In this document: positions 7,397 through 15,549 of the stretch, one piece after another | How the letters are laid out: the number at the start of each line of letters is the position of its first letter | Numbering within the stretch: the stretch's first letter is position 1 | Virus record (IMG/VR): IMGVR_UViG_3300028840_003967 | Location: 1 to 64,000 of that record | DNA from: an uncultured virus (IMG/VR IMGVR_UViG_3300028840_003967) | Lineage: Duplodnaviria; Heunggongvirae; Uroviricota; Caudoviricetes | Direction: 5' to 3' (one strand) | Length of the DNA: 64,000 nt | Notes under the pieces: model-generated | The model's database searches: none | Told to the model about the DNA's origin: nothing | What the model saw: the letters and a program-made list of their open reading frames with translations, nothing else | Translations under genes and position numbers: made by a program

Positions 7397-7855
7397 CTAG
7401 TTACCCAATGTTTGTGCACAAAATGTACACAAATTAACCTTCTTGACGCAGCATCCATCACACACACGTTGCCCACACGAAGGGCATGTGCTCAATTCCC
7501 ATGGAGGTGTAGAAGAAATACAAATAGCACAAAAATGATCGTCATCATCTAACTCATCATCTAACTCATCATCGTCTTCAACTTCTGCGTTGGCTTTTTC
7601 AATACACTCATCACAATGCCCATCACACTCGTTGTCGCAGCCACAAACGGTGTCAAAACAATCAGAACAAATAGGCTTTTTCTCAGTTTCCATTTCAATG
7701 AAAAACACACAAAACGGACACGTATTCTGTCCGCACACACAACACTTACGGAGTTCTGTGCCCGCCCTTCCGCAAACACCGCATTTGCAACTATCGGGCA
7801 TTCGCTCTCCGGTTAATCCGTCTTCGATCATTCCGTGTCCCTTTCGCGTTCGCAC
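7397..7855 (-). CDS. multi-CxxC Zn-finger protein with acidic linker
   Basis: Many CxxC pairs, DDDELDDELDDDD; locally AT-rich. Confidence 0.6.
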   Translation of the reverse strand: MRTRKGHGMIEDGLTGERMPDSCKCGVCGRAGTELRKCCVCGQNTCPFCVFFIEMETEKKPICSDCFDTVCGCDNECDGHCDECIEKANAEVEDDDELDDELDDDDHFCAICISSTPPWELSTCPSCGQRVCDGCCVKKVNLCTFCAQTLGN

Positions 7856-8072
7856 TTCTTGAAACCGGACGAAGATTCGATGAAGCGTTTTTGCTTGTCG
7901 GCCCGCCCTGAATGTTGTGGTTCTTCTTGTCCCGCGTCACGGGCTTGACATGGCCAACAAGTTTTCCCGTCCCGCGTAACTTGTCCCGCATCTTTGCCAT
8001 GTTCGCCCATCTTCCGTCCTTCCAGTTCGATCCCGCCTTTCCCTTCTTGCTCCCTGAACCTTTGCCGCCCAC
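7791..8072 (-). CDS. basic small protein with HNH-like C-terminus
   Basis: AAGGAGG-GTG start; GHVKP...GG...N..SNLRPVSRSAN. Confidence 0.5.
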   Translation of the reverse strand: MGGKGSGSKKGKAGSNWKDGRWANMAKMRDKLRGTGKLVGHVKPVTRDKKNHNIQGGPTSKNASSNLRPVSRSANAKGTRNDRRRINRRANAR

Positions 8073-8074
8073 TG

Positions 8075-8651
8075 TTACGCCCTCCTTTTTCTCTGCTTCG
8101 TAAGCCAGCCCCAAGATCGACCAAGTTTGATGTCTGTAATCGTAACTTGATGAACACCAAACTTCCTAGAGATTTCAGTTGGGCCTTCACCTTGCGCTAA
8201 CAATCGACAGATACGGCGCACATCTCTTTCCTTCAACTTAGCCCCGTTTTGCTTCGATCCTTGAACATGCGTTCCGTGCCGCTTTTTGTCAGCTATGTTT
8301 TCTTTCTTAGTCCCCCAAACCAAATTGCCGATCCTGTTATTGGCCGGGTTCCCGTCCAGATGACGGCATTCCATGCCTTCAGGACACGGGCCGACGAAAG
8401 CAAGAAGCACAAGACGGCAAACCTTGAAGTTGAACGACTTGTTGCTAAGGCTAAACGTAATGATCGGTCTTCCGTTTTCCGAGATGTTGTGCGGGCGTAT
8501 CCTGGCCGTCTGGCCGATGAAGTGTCTAAAGCCACGACACGCCCCCTCTTGTTTTTCGCGCCCAAAAAGAACGCACACGTCCCTGGTCGGAGACTTCATA
8601 TCCTTCCCATCCGGGAATGGGCTTCCAGATTTCTCTCTTCCGCCCGCCCAT
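8075..8651 (-). pseudogene. NUMOD4-HNH homing endonuclease, frameshifted near 8540-8570
   Basis: ATG 8651 gives EIWKPIPGWEGYEVSDQGRVRS then TAG; other frame gives RLVLLAFVGPCPEGMECRHLDGNPANNRIGNL plus HTH. Confidence 0.8.
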
Positions 8652-8662
8652 CGCTCTCCTCC

Positions 8663-8893
8663 TCAATCTCCGTTCACTGCTTCAAACTTGAACACTTCCC
8701 CCGGCAAAAAGTTCTTGGCTTCTTCCTTGGGCACGAATATACGAAGCTTTCCATCGTCCACGTCTACACAGTTTTCCTTTCCATCCTGTGTGTATCGCAA
8801 ACACGCGGAAAACAACACACTGTAAGCGTTATCGGCCATACTTTCTCTTGCGATGCCTTCCACACGCAAATCAACTTCCTTTAATATCAACAT
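8663..8893 (-). CDS. hypothetical protein
   Basis: ORF with AAAGGAG RBS in operon. Confidence 0.5.
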   Translation of the reverse strand: MLILKEVDLRVEGIARESMADNAYSVLFSACLRYTQDGKENCVDVDDGKLRIFVPKEEAKNFLPGEVFKFEAVNGD

Positions 8894-9203
8894 TTTTTTC
8901 TCCTTTCAGGAACTCGACAAGATCGGGATTGAAAACGGCAAACACATCATCCTCTTCTTTCATAACTTCGACAACTTCTTCGACAGTAGGCGTAGGGCGT
9001 TCTCCGCATGAGTACCTTGCATCCATCACGTAACGCTTCGCTTCCACTTCCCGCAACTTCGTAAAGAGAGGATGATTCCGAACAAACTTATCCGCTTCGT
9101 TCTTGCAAGGACAACAAATATATGCCGTGATTCCTCCTCGAAACTTTGTCATTTCCCTGCCGAAAAGACCGGCTGCTCTTCCACATCGCTCACACTTGTT
9201 CAT
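8871..9203 (-). CDS. hypothetical Zn-finger-containing protein
   Basis: CERC...CCPC; RBS. Confidence 0.55.
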   Translation of the reverse strand: MNKCERCGRAAGLFGREMTKFRGGITAYICCPCKNEADKFVRNHPLFTKLREVEAKRYVMDARYSCGERPTPTVEEVVEVMKEEDDVFAVFNPDLVEFLKGEKNVDIKGS

Positions 9204-9204
9204 C

Positions 9205-9360
9205 TCAAATCTCCTTCCCTCTCAGCGCCCGGTACTTCTCCAAAGCTTCCTCTTTTGAAGCACAGCTTTTCAACTCCAAGTACCATTCCCTAGGCAGCTT
9301 CTTCCCGTGGACTTTCTTAACTGCGCGAAGGATTTTCTTTTCCTCCTTGTACCGGGCCAT
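9205..9360 (-). CDS. small basic hypothetical protein (51 aa)
   Basis: AAGGAG RBS; MARYKEEKKILRAVKK... Confidence 0.5.
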   Translation of the reverse strand: MARYKEEKKILRAVKKVHGKKLPREWYLELKSCASKEEALEKYRALRGKEI

Positions 9361-9547
9361 GTAGGTTTCTCCTTATCGCCCTCTTTGCCTTGTGCTCGAT
9401 TCCCGGTGACGCTTCCGTGTGCGCGCCACTGAGAGGGATGTTCACTATCTCGCCGTTTGGCATCCGGTAAATCTTGTGACTCCCCTTGCTACGTAGGAAC
9501 TTTCCCCCTTCACTCTCCACTAATCTGATTAAGGCTTTTGTCTTCAT
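9317..9547 (-). CDS. HicA-family mRNA interferase-like protein
   Basis: MKTKALIRLVESEGGKFLRSKGSHKIYR..G..VNIP..H; GSH catalytic His. Confidence 0.75.
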   Translation of the reverse strand: MKTKALIRLVESEGGKFLRSKGSHKIYRMPNGEIVNIPLSGAHTEASPGIEHKAKRAIRRNLHGPVQGGKENPSRS

Positions 9548-9728
9548 CGAGTTTGTCTCCAAAGGCCAATACGAACGCCCCGATCAACGCAGACGCTTCT
9601 TTTGAATTAATGGGGCGGTTTTCTCCGCTTACCCCGAACCAGGTTTCTCCGGTTGTGTCTCGGGAAACAGTTAGAGACGGACCTTTCCGCAAGTGCACAT
9701 TAATTTCAAGATCGATCTCAGGCATCAC
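9510..9728 (-). CDS. hypothetical protein
   Basis: GGAGG RBS, ORF. Confidence 0.5.
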   Translation of the reverse strand: MMPEIDLEINVHLRKGPSLTVSRDTTGETWFGVSGENRPINSKEASALIGAFVLAFGDKLDEDKSLNQISGE

Positions 9729-9845
9729 TCATCCTCCACAAAGTGATAGTCGAACGTTGATTCCGCCAGGACATACACGCGCATGTCCTCAATCCCTAAG
9801 CTGTTTGCCACACTGTTCCACAATGTATCTTACTCACCCTCTCTT

Positions 9846-10163
9846 TCATTCTCTAAGTCTCCTTTCTATCGCATCTCGGACAAAATCAAAAGTTGTCTCG
9901 GTCAAAATATAAACATTCACATCTTGAATTTGAATCTCCATGAGCGGTTCCAATCCTTCTTTAGCCGCCCGTTCAATGATCTTCTCGATGTCAGCCTTCT
10001 TCAAGATGATTTGTTTCTTGTCCGTCCTCTTACATTCCGCAAGCCACTGCGGACCTTTCACATCCCCTTTGTTGCGCCATCCGCATCCCGATCCCGGCTG
10101 GACACGCCCGTTCAACTTCTCAGCCAAGCGTTTCTCTTGTTGATCCGATTTCAGCCGCTTCAT
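9846..10163 (-). CDS. Holliday junction resolvase-like nuclease
   Basis: QEKRLA...PGSG...KGDV...LAECK. Confidence 0.75.
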   Translation of the reverse strand: MKRLKSDQQEKRLAEKLNGRVQPGSGCGWRNKGDVKGPQWLAECKRTDKKQIILKKADIEKIIERAAKEGLEPLMEIQIQDVNVYILTETTFDFVRDAIERRLRE

Positions 10164-11272
10164 AGCGCGAACGCCTTTCTGTTCTTCTTCTGCCGCTTTT
10201 TCGCTTTATCCCCGGTGCGCTTCAGTTGGAGTTTTCCTTTGTGTACCTTCATCACATCGTTGTACAAGTCCTGCAAGACGTACTTGTCCATGTAGATTTT
10301 CTTGCAGAACTTCTCTCTCCCGTTGGCCTTGATCCCCTGATAGGAGTAGGCGTGTCCCTTCTTTCGGACAATCCCGTATACCACGGCCATGGGAAGAAGG
10401 TCAAGCGCATTGTCGATGGTTCCCCCTTCCCGGTATCCATATGCCCGATTGTAGAAGTTGAAGAATCCCCGTTCGTTCGCGTTGCCGCCGGTCTTGTTCT
10501 TCACAACGACGAATCCCACCGTTGTTCCCACGGCCTGTTTCAACGTCTCCCCGCTTTCCTTGATTTCCTCATAGATGTAGCCTTTGCGGTACAGCTTCAC
10601 GCAGACAGATGCCGCGTGTTCAAGCGCCTTTCCCCCCGGTGCCGTTTCAGGATCGCCGAACATCACGCCGATTTGAACACGGACTTGATTCAACAAAAGG
10701 ATGGTCGATTTCGGCGTAGAAGAAAGCAAATCCTTCTTCAATCGCGGAATCAGCTTACGCAGCATCTTGGACACGAAACGCGGGTGCATCCCGACACTGC
10801 TTTTCTCCATCTTCTTCTCGACTTCGAAGTGCGGTGTGATAGCACCGATGGAATCGAAGATCACCAAGACTTGATCCCCCTCGTCCAACACATCGCAAAC
10901 GATGTCCACGGACTGTTCGCTTGTCGTCGGCGACACGAGAAGGAACTTGTTCGGATCGGCGTCGAGGAACTTCAACCACTTCACATCGAAAGCGTTCTCC
11001 ACATCGATGTAGACAACGTACCGCTTCTTAGGCTCTTTCTTGATGAACTTCGTGGCTCCGCAAATAGCGAGCGTGCTTTTATACGCGCTGTAGTGTCCTA
11101 TGACTTCGTTTATCCGGCCTTCCACGAAGCCCCCGCCTAGAGCAATATCAAGGGAATGGCTCCCTGTGCTGAAACGCTTGATCGTCAATCCAAGTGCATC
11201 GCTGGCACGGACGATTGTTCCCCTACCGTAGCGTTTATTTATGCGGTTCATCACAGTCTCTATCGACATCAC
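10160..11272 (-). CDS. recA: RecA/UvsX recombinase
   Basis: STGSHSLDIALGGG, P-loop GHYSAYKST, IDVEN, FDSIGA, NQVR, PGGKAL, VKNK. Confidence 0.95.
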   Translation of the reverse strand: MMSIETVMNRINKRYGRGTIVRASDALGLTIKRFSTGSHSLDIALGGGFVEGRINEVIGHYSAYKSTLAICGATKFIKKEPKKRYVVYIDVENAFDVKWLKFLDADPNKFLLVSPTTSEQSVDIVCDVLDEGDQVLVIFDSIGAITPHFEVEKKMEKSSVGMHPRFVSKMLRKLIPRLKKDLLSSTPKSTILLLNQVRVQIGVMFGDPETAPGGKALEHAASVCVKLYRKGYIYEEIKESGETLKQAVGTTVGFVVVKNKTGGNANERGFFNFYNRAYGYREGGTIDNALDLLPMAVVYGIVRKKGHAYSYQGIKANGREKFCKKIYMDKYVLQDLYNDVMKVHKGKLQLKRTGDKAKKRQKKNRKAFAL

Positions 11273-11299
11273 GCTATCCCCTTTCTAAGAGAAACGAGT

Positions 11300-11626
11300 T
11301 TACGGGTAAACAAAGTATGGCATCTCTACGACACTTATTGAAGCTCCACTCTCATCTAACAACTCAACTATGTAAATCTTTTCTTTCACAGCTTTTTTTG
11401 AACCATAACTGTCTGCAAAGTGTTTCGAGAGAACTTCTTTTGCAGAAGCGTCTTCGCCGACAAATCTTGTCAACACAAGAGCAAAACCCTCGATCTCGTG
11501 AGCATAGATAACGTCAGGAGGAAGAGGGTTTAGACTTCTTCCTCCATAGGTAGTGGGTTTTTCTTCACACATCGAAATCTCCTTCTTATACTCCCTGTAG
11601 ATGTTTTCTACGGCTTGCTTTAACAT
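11300..11626 (-). CDS. hypothetical protein, AT-rich
   Basis: ORF between polA and recA. Confidence 0.45.
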   Translation of the reverse strand: MLKQAVENIYREYKKEISMCEEKPTTYGGRSLNPLPPDVIYAHEIEGFALVLTRFVGEDASAKEVLSKHFADSYGSKKAVKEKIYIVELLDESGASISVVEMPYFVYP

Positions 11627-11677
11627 CTTGACAGTCAGCGTCCCACCCCCGGAGAGAAAAACTGTCCCATGATCTCA

Positions 11678-13585
11678 TTAGTTTTTCGCGGTAGCCCATG
11701 AGTCTCCGATCCCCACTGAAACCAGTAACGGAATCACAAGTTTCCTTGTCAGATTTGGCGGCGGTGTTTCCATGAGTCTTTGAACGACCTTCGCTGCTTC
11801 GTTCGCGTACTTCGCGGGAACTTCGAAGATCAATTCGTCGTGAATCTGCATAAGCATCCTGCACTTCATACTTTTCAACTCCTTGCTTGCATCGCAAAGG
11901 ATCATCGCGTGCTTCAGCCAATCGGCGGCGGAACTCTGAATCTGTGTGTTGATGCATTGCCTTTCAGCCGCCTTTCGTTCCCGGAATACTTCGCTGGAAA
12001 TGTTCCTGATCCTGAAAGGACGGCCACAGATGTTCTTGATGAAGCCCCTTTCCCGGCAGGATTCATAAAGCTGTTCCCGGTAGATCGGCACACCGTAATA
12101 GATGTTCCAATACTTGTCGATGATGTCTATCGCTTCTTCTTTCTCTATGAAGACGCCTTCAAGAATCAACTGTCTTTGGAGGGTGAACCACATTCCCTCG
12201 TATTGAAGAGCAAAATTGCAATTTTTAGCAATCATATAAGACCGATCGTATTTTAATTCCGCCTTAATCTCATCCTTCGTTATTCCTTTAGGCAGCAATC
12301 CTGTTTCCACTCCCGTTTGGATGTGAATCGATATTCCCTTCCGAAAACAACGGAGCATCATTTTATCCAAACTGAAGATTGCCATAAGACGCAATTCAAG
12401 TTGTTCCATATCCGCGACAATCAGTTTGTTTCCAGGTTTCGGCACGAAGCATTCGCGGATATGAAGGATGTCCGTTTTAGAGGGAATCTGTTGAAGATTC
12501 GGGTTGGACGACGAAGACCGGGCCGTGCGCGCTCCCACTTGCGAATAGGTAGTATGAATCCTGTTGTTATCGTCGCAGTAGAGAAAGAGTCCCGTATCCG
12601 GCCCGGTAAATCTACGTAATGAGAGATAGGCGTTGTAGTTGACAATCTGTTTCACCAACGGATGTTCATCCAGCAAATACGCCAAGCAAACCTTGTCAAC
12701 TTTCGGCCTGCCTGTGGGTGTCTTCTCCACAGGTTCCAATCCCAATTTTCCGAAAAGAAACTTTCCTAGCTGTATCTTGGAATTGAGATTGAATTCCTTC
12801 CCGTTCTTTTGATAGACTTTGGCCGCACATTTGTCCATCTTATCTGCCAAAAGACGATCTATCCTCTTGATCCCTTTCGGATTCAGTCTGATTCCCCGGC
12901 GTTCCATGCGAATCACACCTGCGAGGCTTTCCATTTCCATCTCGAAAAACTTTCGGCGCGTTCCTTTCAACAGCATGTTGCGAACGCCGTCAACGGTCCT
13001 GGCTTTGTACCCACGCTCATATGCGTCATAAAGTTTCCACGTGGAGATAGCATCGTTACAGGCATAGGGAACAATTTCATCGATGTTCTTCATGTCCACA
13101 CTGGACGTTTTTCTAAGCCGCATTCCGATAAGAACAGCGCGTTCCTTGAGCGCATTAGGTATTCTCTCGTCCCAACAGTGTCCCGCAATCATCGTGCAAT
13201 AGATGGAGCGAAGATCGAACTTCACGCCGTGGTTCATAACCATGTTGATGTCGTAGTTGGCATGATGCATTACCTTGGTGAGTCTTCTGTCCGCGAAGAA
13301 AGGTTCCAGCTTCTTCATAACGTACTGTGTGTCGAGATACGCCGGATCGAAGCTGGATAGAGGGATTCCCCATGCACGATTCTTTCGCGCGATGGATATG
13401 AACATCACACGTCCACGGTCAATAACCAACCCCTCTTTCTTAAAAGTCTTCTTTCCGCCCGGAGCATATGTCTCCGTGTCGAAAGCAAAAGCCCGCCAGA
13501 ACGGATTCTTGCGCTTGCTGACTTCCTCAAGATATTCACACAGAAGACGCAAGTCCTTCTTCGTCTTGACAGTCTTTATCTTCAT
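11678..13585 (-). CDS. polA: DNA polymerase family A (3'-5' exonuclease + polymerase)
   Basis: DTET, RSSSSNPNLQQIP, DMEQLELR, AKNCNF, NTQIQSSAAD, QIHDEL. Confidence 0.95.
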   Translation of the reverse strand: MKIKTVKTKKDLRLLCEYLEEVSKRKNPFWRAFAFDTETYAPGGKKTFKKEGLVIDRGRVMFISIARKNRAWGIPLSSFDPAYLDTQYVMKKLEPFFADRRLTKVMHHANYDINMVMNHGVKFDLRSIYCTMIAGHCWDERIPNALKERAVLIGMRLRKTSSVDMKNIDEIVPYACNDAISTWKLYDAYERGYKARTVDGVRNMLLKGTRRKFFEMEMESLAGVIRMERRGIRLNPKGIKRIDRLLADKMDKCAAKVYQKNGKEFNLNSKIQLGKFLFGKLGLEPVEKTPTGRPKVDKVCLAYLLDEHPLVKQIVNYNAYLSLRRFTGPDTGLFLYCDDNNRIHTTYSQVGARTARSSSSNPNLQQIPSKTDILHIRECFVPKPGNKLIVADMEQLELRLMAIFSLDKMMLRCFRKGISIHIQTGVETGLLPKGITKDEIKAELKYDRSYMIAKNCNFALQYEGMWFTLQRQLILEGVFIEKEEAIDIIDKYWNIYYGVPIYREQLYESCRERGFIKNICGRPFRIRNISSEVFRERKAAERQCINTQIQSSAADWLKHAMILCDASKELKSMKCRMLMQIHDELIFEVPAKYANEAAKVVQRLMETPPPNLTRKLVIPLLVSVGIGDSWATAKN

Positions 13586-14010
13586 CGTCCTCTTCCTCTC
13601 TTCTTTCTAGGCGGAGGACCAAACTTGTTTCGGTATTGAGGGCTTCCGGGCGTGATGATACCTCCCGCATTCGGCTTTGTCTTCATCGCGGCTGCTTGCG
13701 TGATTTGCTTCAGGTTCACCACATGCGCTTGAAGCAAAGACCGATGTAGTTGGATGTTCTCGCCGGGAATGTTGCTGTCATGGACGATCTTCATGTTGAA
13801 CAATCCGACGCTGTTGATGTTGTCTTCGTACAGAATGCTCAAGCACGTGAAGTAGGAGATTCCTTCACGAAGGGTGACAACGGTACTATACTTTTGCTTT
13901 TCCTTTTCTTCTTCGTCTTGGTTTGGTACTCCCATGAGAATGTCGATTGACTTGACTTTCCCCGATGACTTCGGCGGCTCCTCTTGCGGCGTTTTTTCTT
14001 CCTCGCTCAT
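13582..14010 (-). CDS. hypothetical protein
   Basis: ORF coupled to polA start. Confidence 0.55.
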   Translation of the reverse strand: MSEEEKTPQEEPPKSSGKVKSIDILMGVPNQDEEEKEKQKYSTVVTLREGISYFTCLSILYEDNINSVGLFNMKIVHDSNIPGENIQLHRSLLQAHVVNLKQITQAAAMKTKPNAGGIITPGSPQYRNKFGPPPRKKRGRGR

Positions 14011-14242
14011 TGGAATCGTCCTTTACTTTCAACTTGGCCAAGTGTTTTCTCAACCTTCTGAGGGTTGTCGGAGTGAATCCGTCCATACGCCCGATGTAAA
14101 CATATCCAGGTTGTGCTTCTCCGTCGTTCAGCGTCTCCCTTCGATTGCGCCACATCTCAATAGAAACACGAAGAAAAGCGTGAGAATCAAACTTCTTCTC
14201 CCTCAGTCGAAACACTGGAATCGTCTTTATCTTTTTTGCCAT
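13886..14242 (-). CDS. basic hypothetical protein
   Basis: ORF after terminator. Confidence 0.45.
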   Translation of the reverse strand: MAKKIKTIPVFRLREKKFDSHAFLRVSIEMWRNRRETLNDGEAQPGYVYIGRMDGFTPTTLRRLRKHLAKLKVKDDSNERGRKNAARGAAEVIGESQVNRHSHGSTKPRRRRKGKAKV

Positions 14243-14254
14243 CGCTTTTCCCTT

Positions 14255-14305
14255 AAAAGTAGGGACAGGGTGGAAGAGGCTCGCAACTCAACCACCCTGT
14301 TCCCC
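14255..14305 (-). terminator. intrinsic terminator after ssb
   Basis: GGGAACAGGGTGG...CCACCCTGTCCCT ACTTTT. Confidence 0.7.
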
Positions 14306-14336
14306 GAGACACCCCCATTTAGGTAGGAGAGGATGT

Positions 14337-15305
14337 CTAATCCTCGTCCATCTCCGCGCCTTCGCTCAGACGGCCACGAATGACCTTCTTTGCTTCCTTA
14401 CTCTTTAGCGGAGCGTAGTATTTCTTGAACCTCTTCGTGAGATTCGGCAGTTTCTTTTCGTCGGCCTTTGCCGGACTCTTCTTTTCCGGCCAGAAAGTGT
14501 AGGCCACATTCCGCCGTTCCCCGGTTCGGCTGACTTCAACGAGCCACAGAGGCAGCTTGTCCTTTTTCTTCTTGCGGATCATCTGAATCTGTTTGTGCCG
14601 CGCTTCGTTGACTTCGTAGAATCTCGAATTCATCCTCACGACTTTCTTCGTCGCTCTCGAACGATATTTAGTGAAGTCAACGACTTCGTACAGGAAGACG
14701 ACGGAACGAGGGATATTCTGTTGACAGAACAGACACGAGTCTTTTTCCGAACAAGTGTACTTCGGAAAGACAGCCTTTCCCCCTCTGCTGCGAGACGGAA
14801 CCGTGTGCATGAACAGCATGGCAATCGGTTCGTTGCTGCGAAAGCGGAAAGTCTTCTTGTCCTCCTTCTCGGTGAGATAGGTCACAGGACGAAAACTTGC
14901 AGCGACTTCTTTCTGATGTGTTTTTAGGCGGCGATCCGCCTTCTTCCCACGATGATACCAACCTTCATCGTCGTCTTCCTTGTCTTCGTCCTCACTTTCC
15001 TCATCCTCATCCTCATCCTCTTCGTCTTCCTCATCCTCCTCATCTTCGTCTTCTTCGTCTTCCTCATCCTCGTCCTCTTCCTCTTCATCCTCCTCGTCTT
15101 CTTCATCCTCCTCTTCGTCCTCTTCCTCTTCTTCGTCTTCCTCCTCTTCGTCCTCTTCGTCCTCTTCATCTTCTTCAACTTCAACTTCTTCGTCGTCGTC
15201 TTCTTCCTCTTCGTCCTCTTCATCTTCGACAGGACGAGCAGCCTTGCGCTTCTTTTTCTTCGTCTTTTTCCGTGACTTCTTACTTCGGCGAGTCCTTTTT
15301 GCCAT
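14337..15305 (-). CDS. gp32-like single-stranded DNA-binding protein with basic N-terminus and 88-aa D/E tract
   Basis: FRF...MH...YTC....CLFC...VVD...VSRTG...YTF pattern; located between primase and polA. Confidence 0.7.
   Translation of the reverse strand: MAKRTRRSKKSRKKTKKKKRKAARPVEDEEDEEEEDDDEEVEVEEDEEDEEDEEEEDEEEEEDEEEDEEDEEDEEEEDEDEEDEEDEDEEDEEDEEDEDEDEESEDEDKEDDDEGWYHRGKKADRRLKTHQKEVAASFRPVTYLTEKEDKKTFRFRSNEPIAMLFMHTVPSRSRGGKAVFPKYTCSEKDSCLFCQQNIPRSVVFLYEVVDFTKYRSRATKKVVRMNSRFYEVNEARHKQIQMIRKKKKDKLPLWLVEVSRTGERRNVAYTFWPEKKSPAKADEKKLPNLTKRFKKYYAPLKSKEAKKVIRGRLSEGAEMDED
14964..15227. repeat. low-complexity GAN-codon (Asp/Glu) tract
   Basis: (tcc/ttc/atc/gtc)n imperfect triplet repeat on + strand. 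Confidence 0.95.
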
Positions 15306-15468
15306 GACTGCGTGCTCCTTTCTCTCTGTATGCCTCGACAATCTCCCGCAACGTTCTTGCCACTGACGGCCTTCCCCCGTCCCGTTTGGCCCGTTCCTTC
15401 GCTTCACGCTTCAGAAAAGCAAACTGTTCCTTGCTGAACTGACCCATGTAGCGGATAAAAGCGGACAC
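15280..15468 (-). CDS. small ribbon-helix-helix-like DNA-binding protein
   Basis: FSKEQFAFLKREA...SVARTLREIVEAY. Confidence 0.45.
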   Translation of the reverse strand: MSAFIRYMGQFSKEQFAFLKREAKERAKRDGGRPSVARTLREIVEAYREKGARSHGKKDSPK

Positions 15469-15502
15469 ACTTCCCCCTTCCTGCCGACGTAAGCCAGTCC
15501 AC

Positions 15503-15530
15503 ACTATAGCAGACTGATAGCGTGCTGCAA
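15503..15530 (-). promoter_or_regulatory. sigma70-like promoter (extended -10)
   Basis: TTGCAG-N16-TATAGT with TG at the extended -10 position. Confidence 0.5.
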
Positions 15531-15549
15531 GCAGTAAAAACATATTCTC

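Noticed and set aside
8500..8530. TAG read-through or alternative genetic code in the NUMOD4 gene
   Set aside because: The frame beyond TAG is not the HNH frame, and TAG ends other intact genes normally.
14897..15366. Poly-Ser, Leu/Phe-rich and Pro/Arg-rich ORFs
   Set aside because: Shadow frames of the Asp/Glu codon tract.
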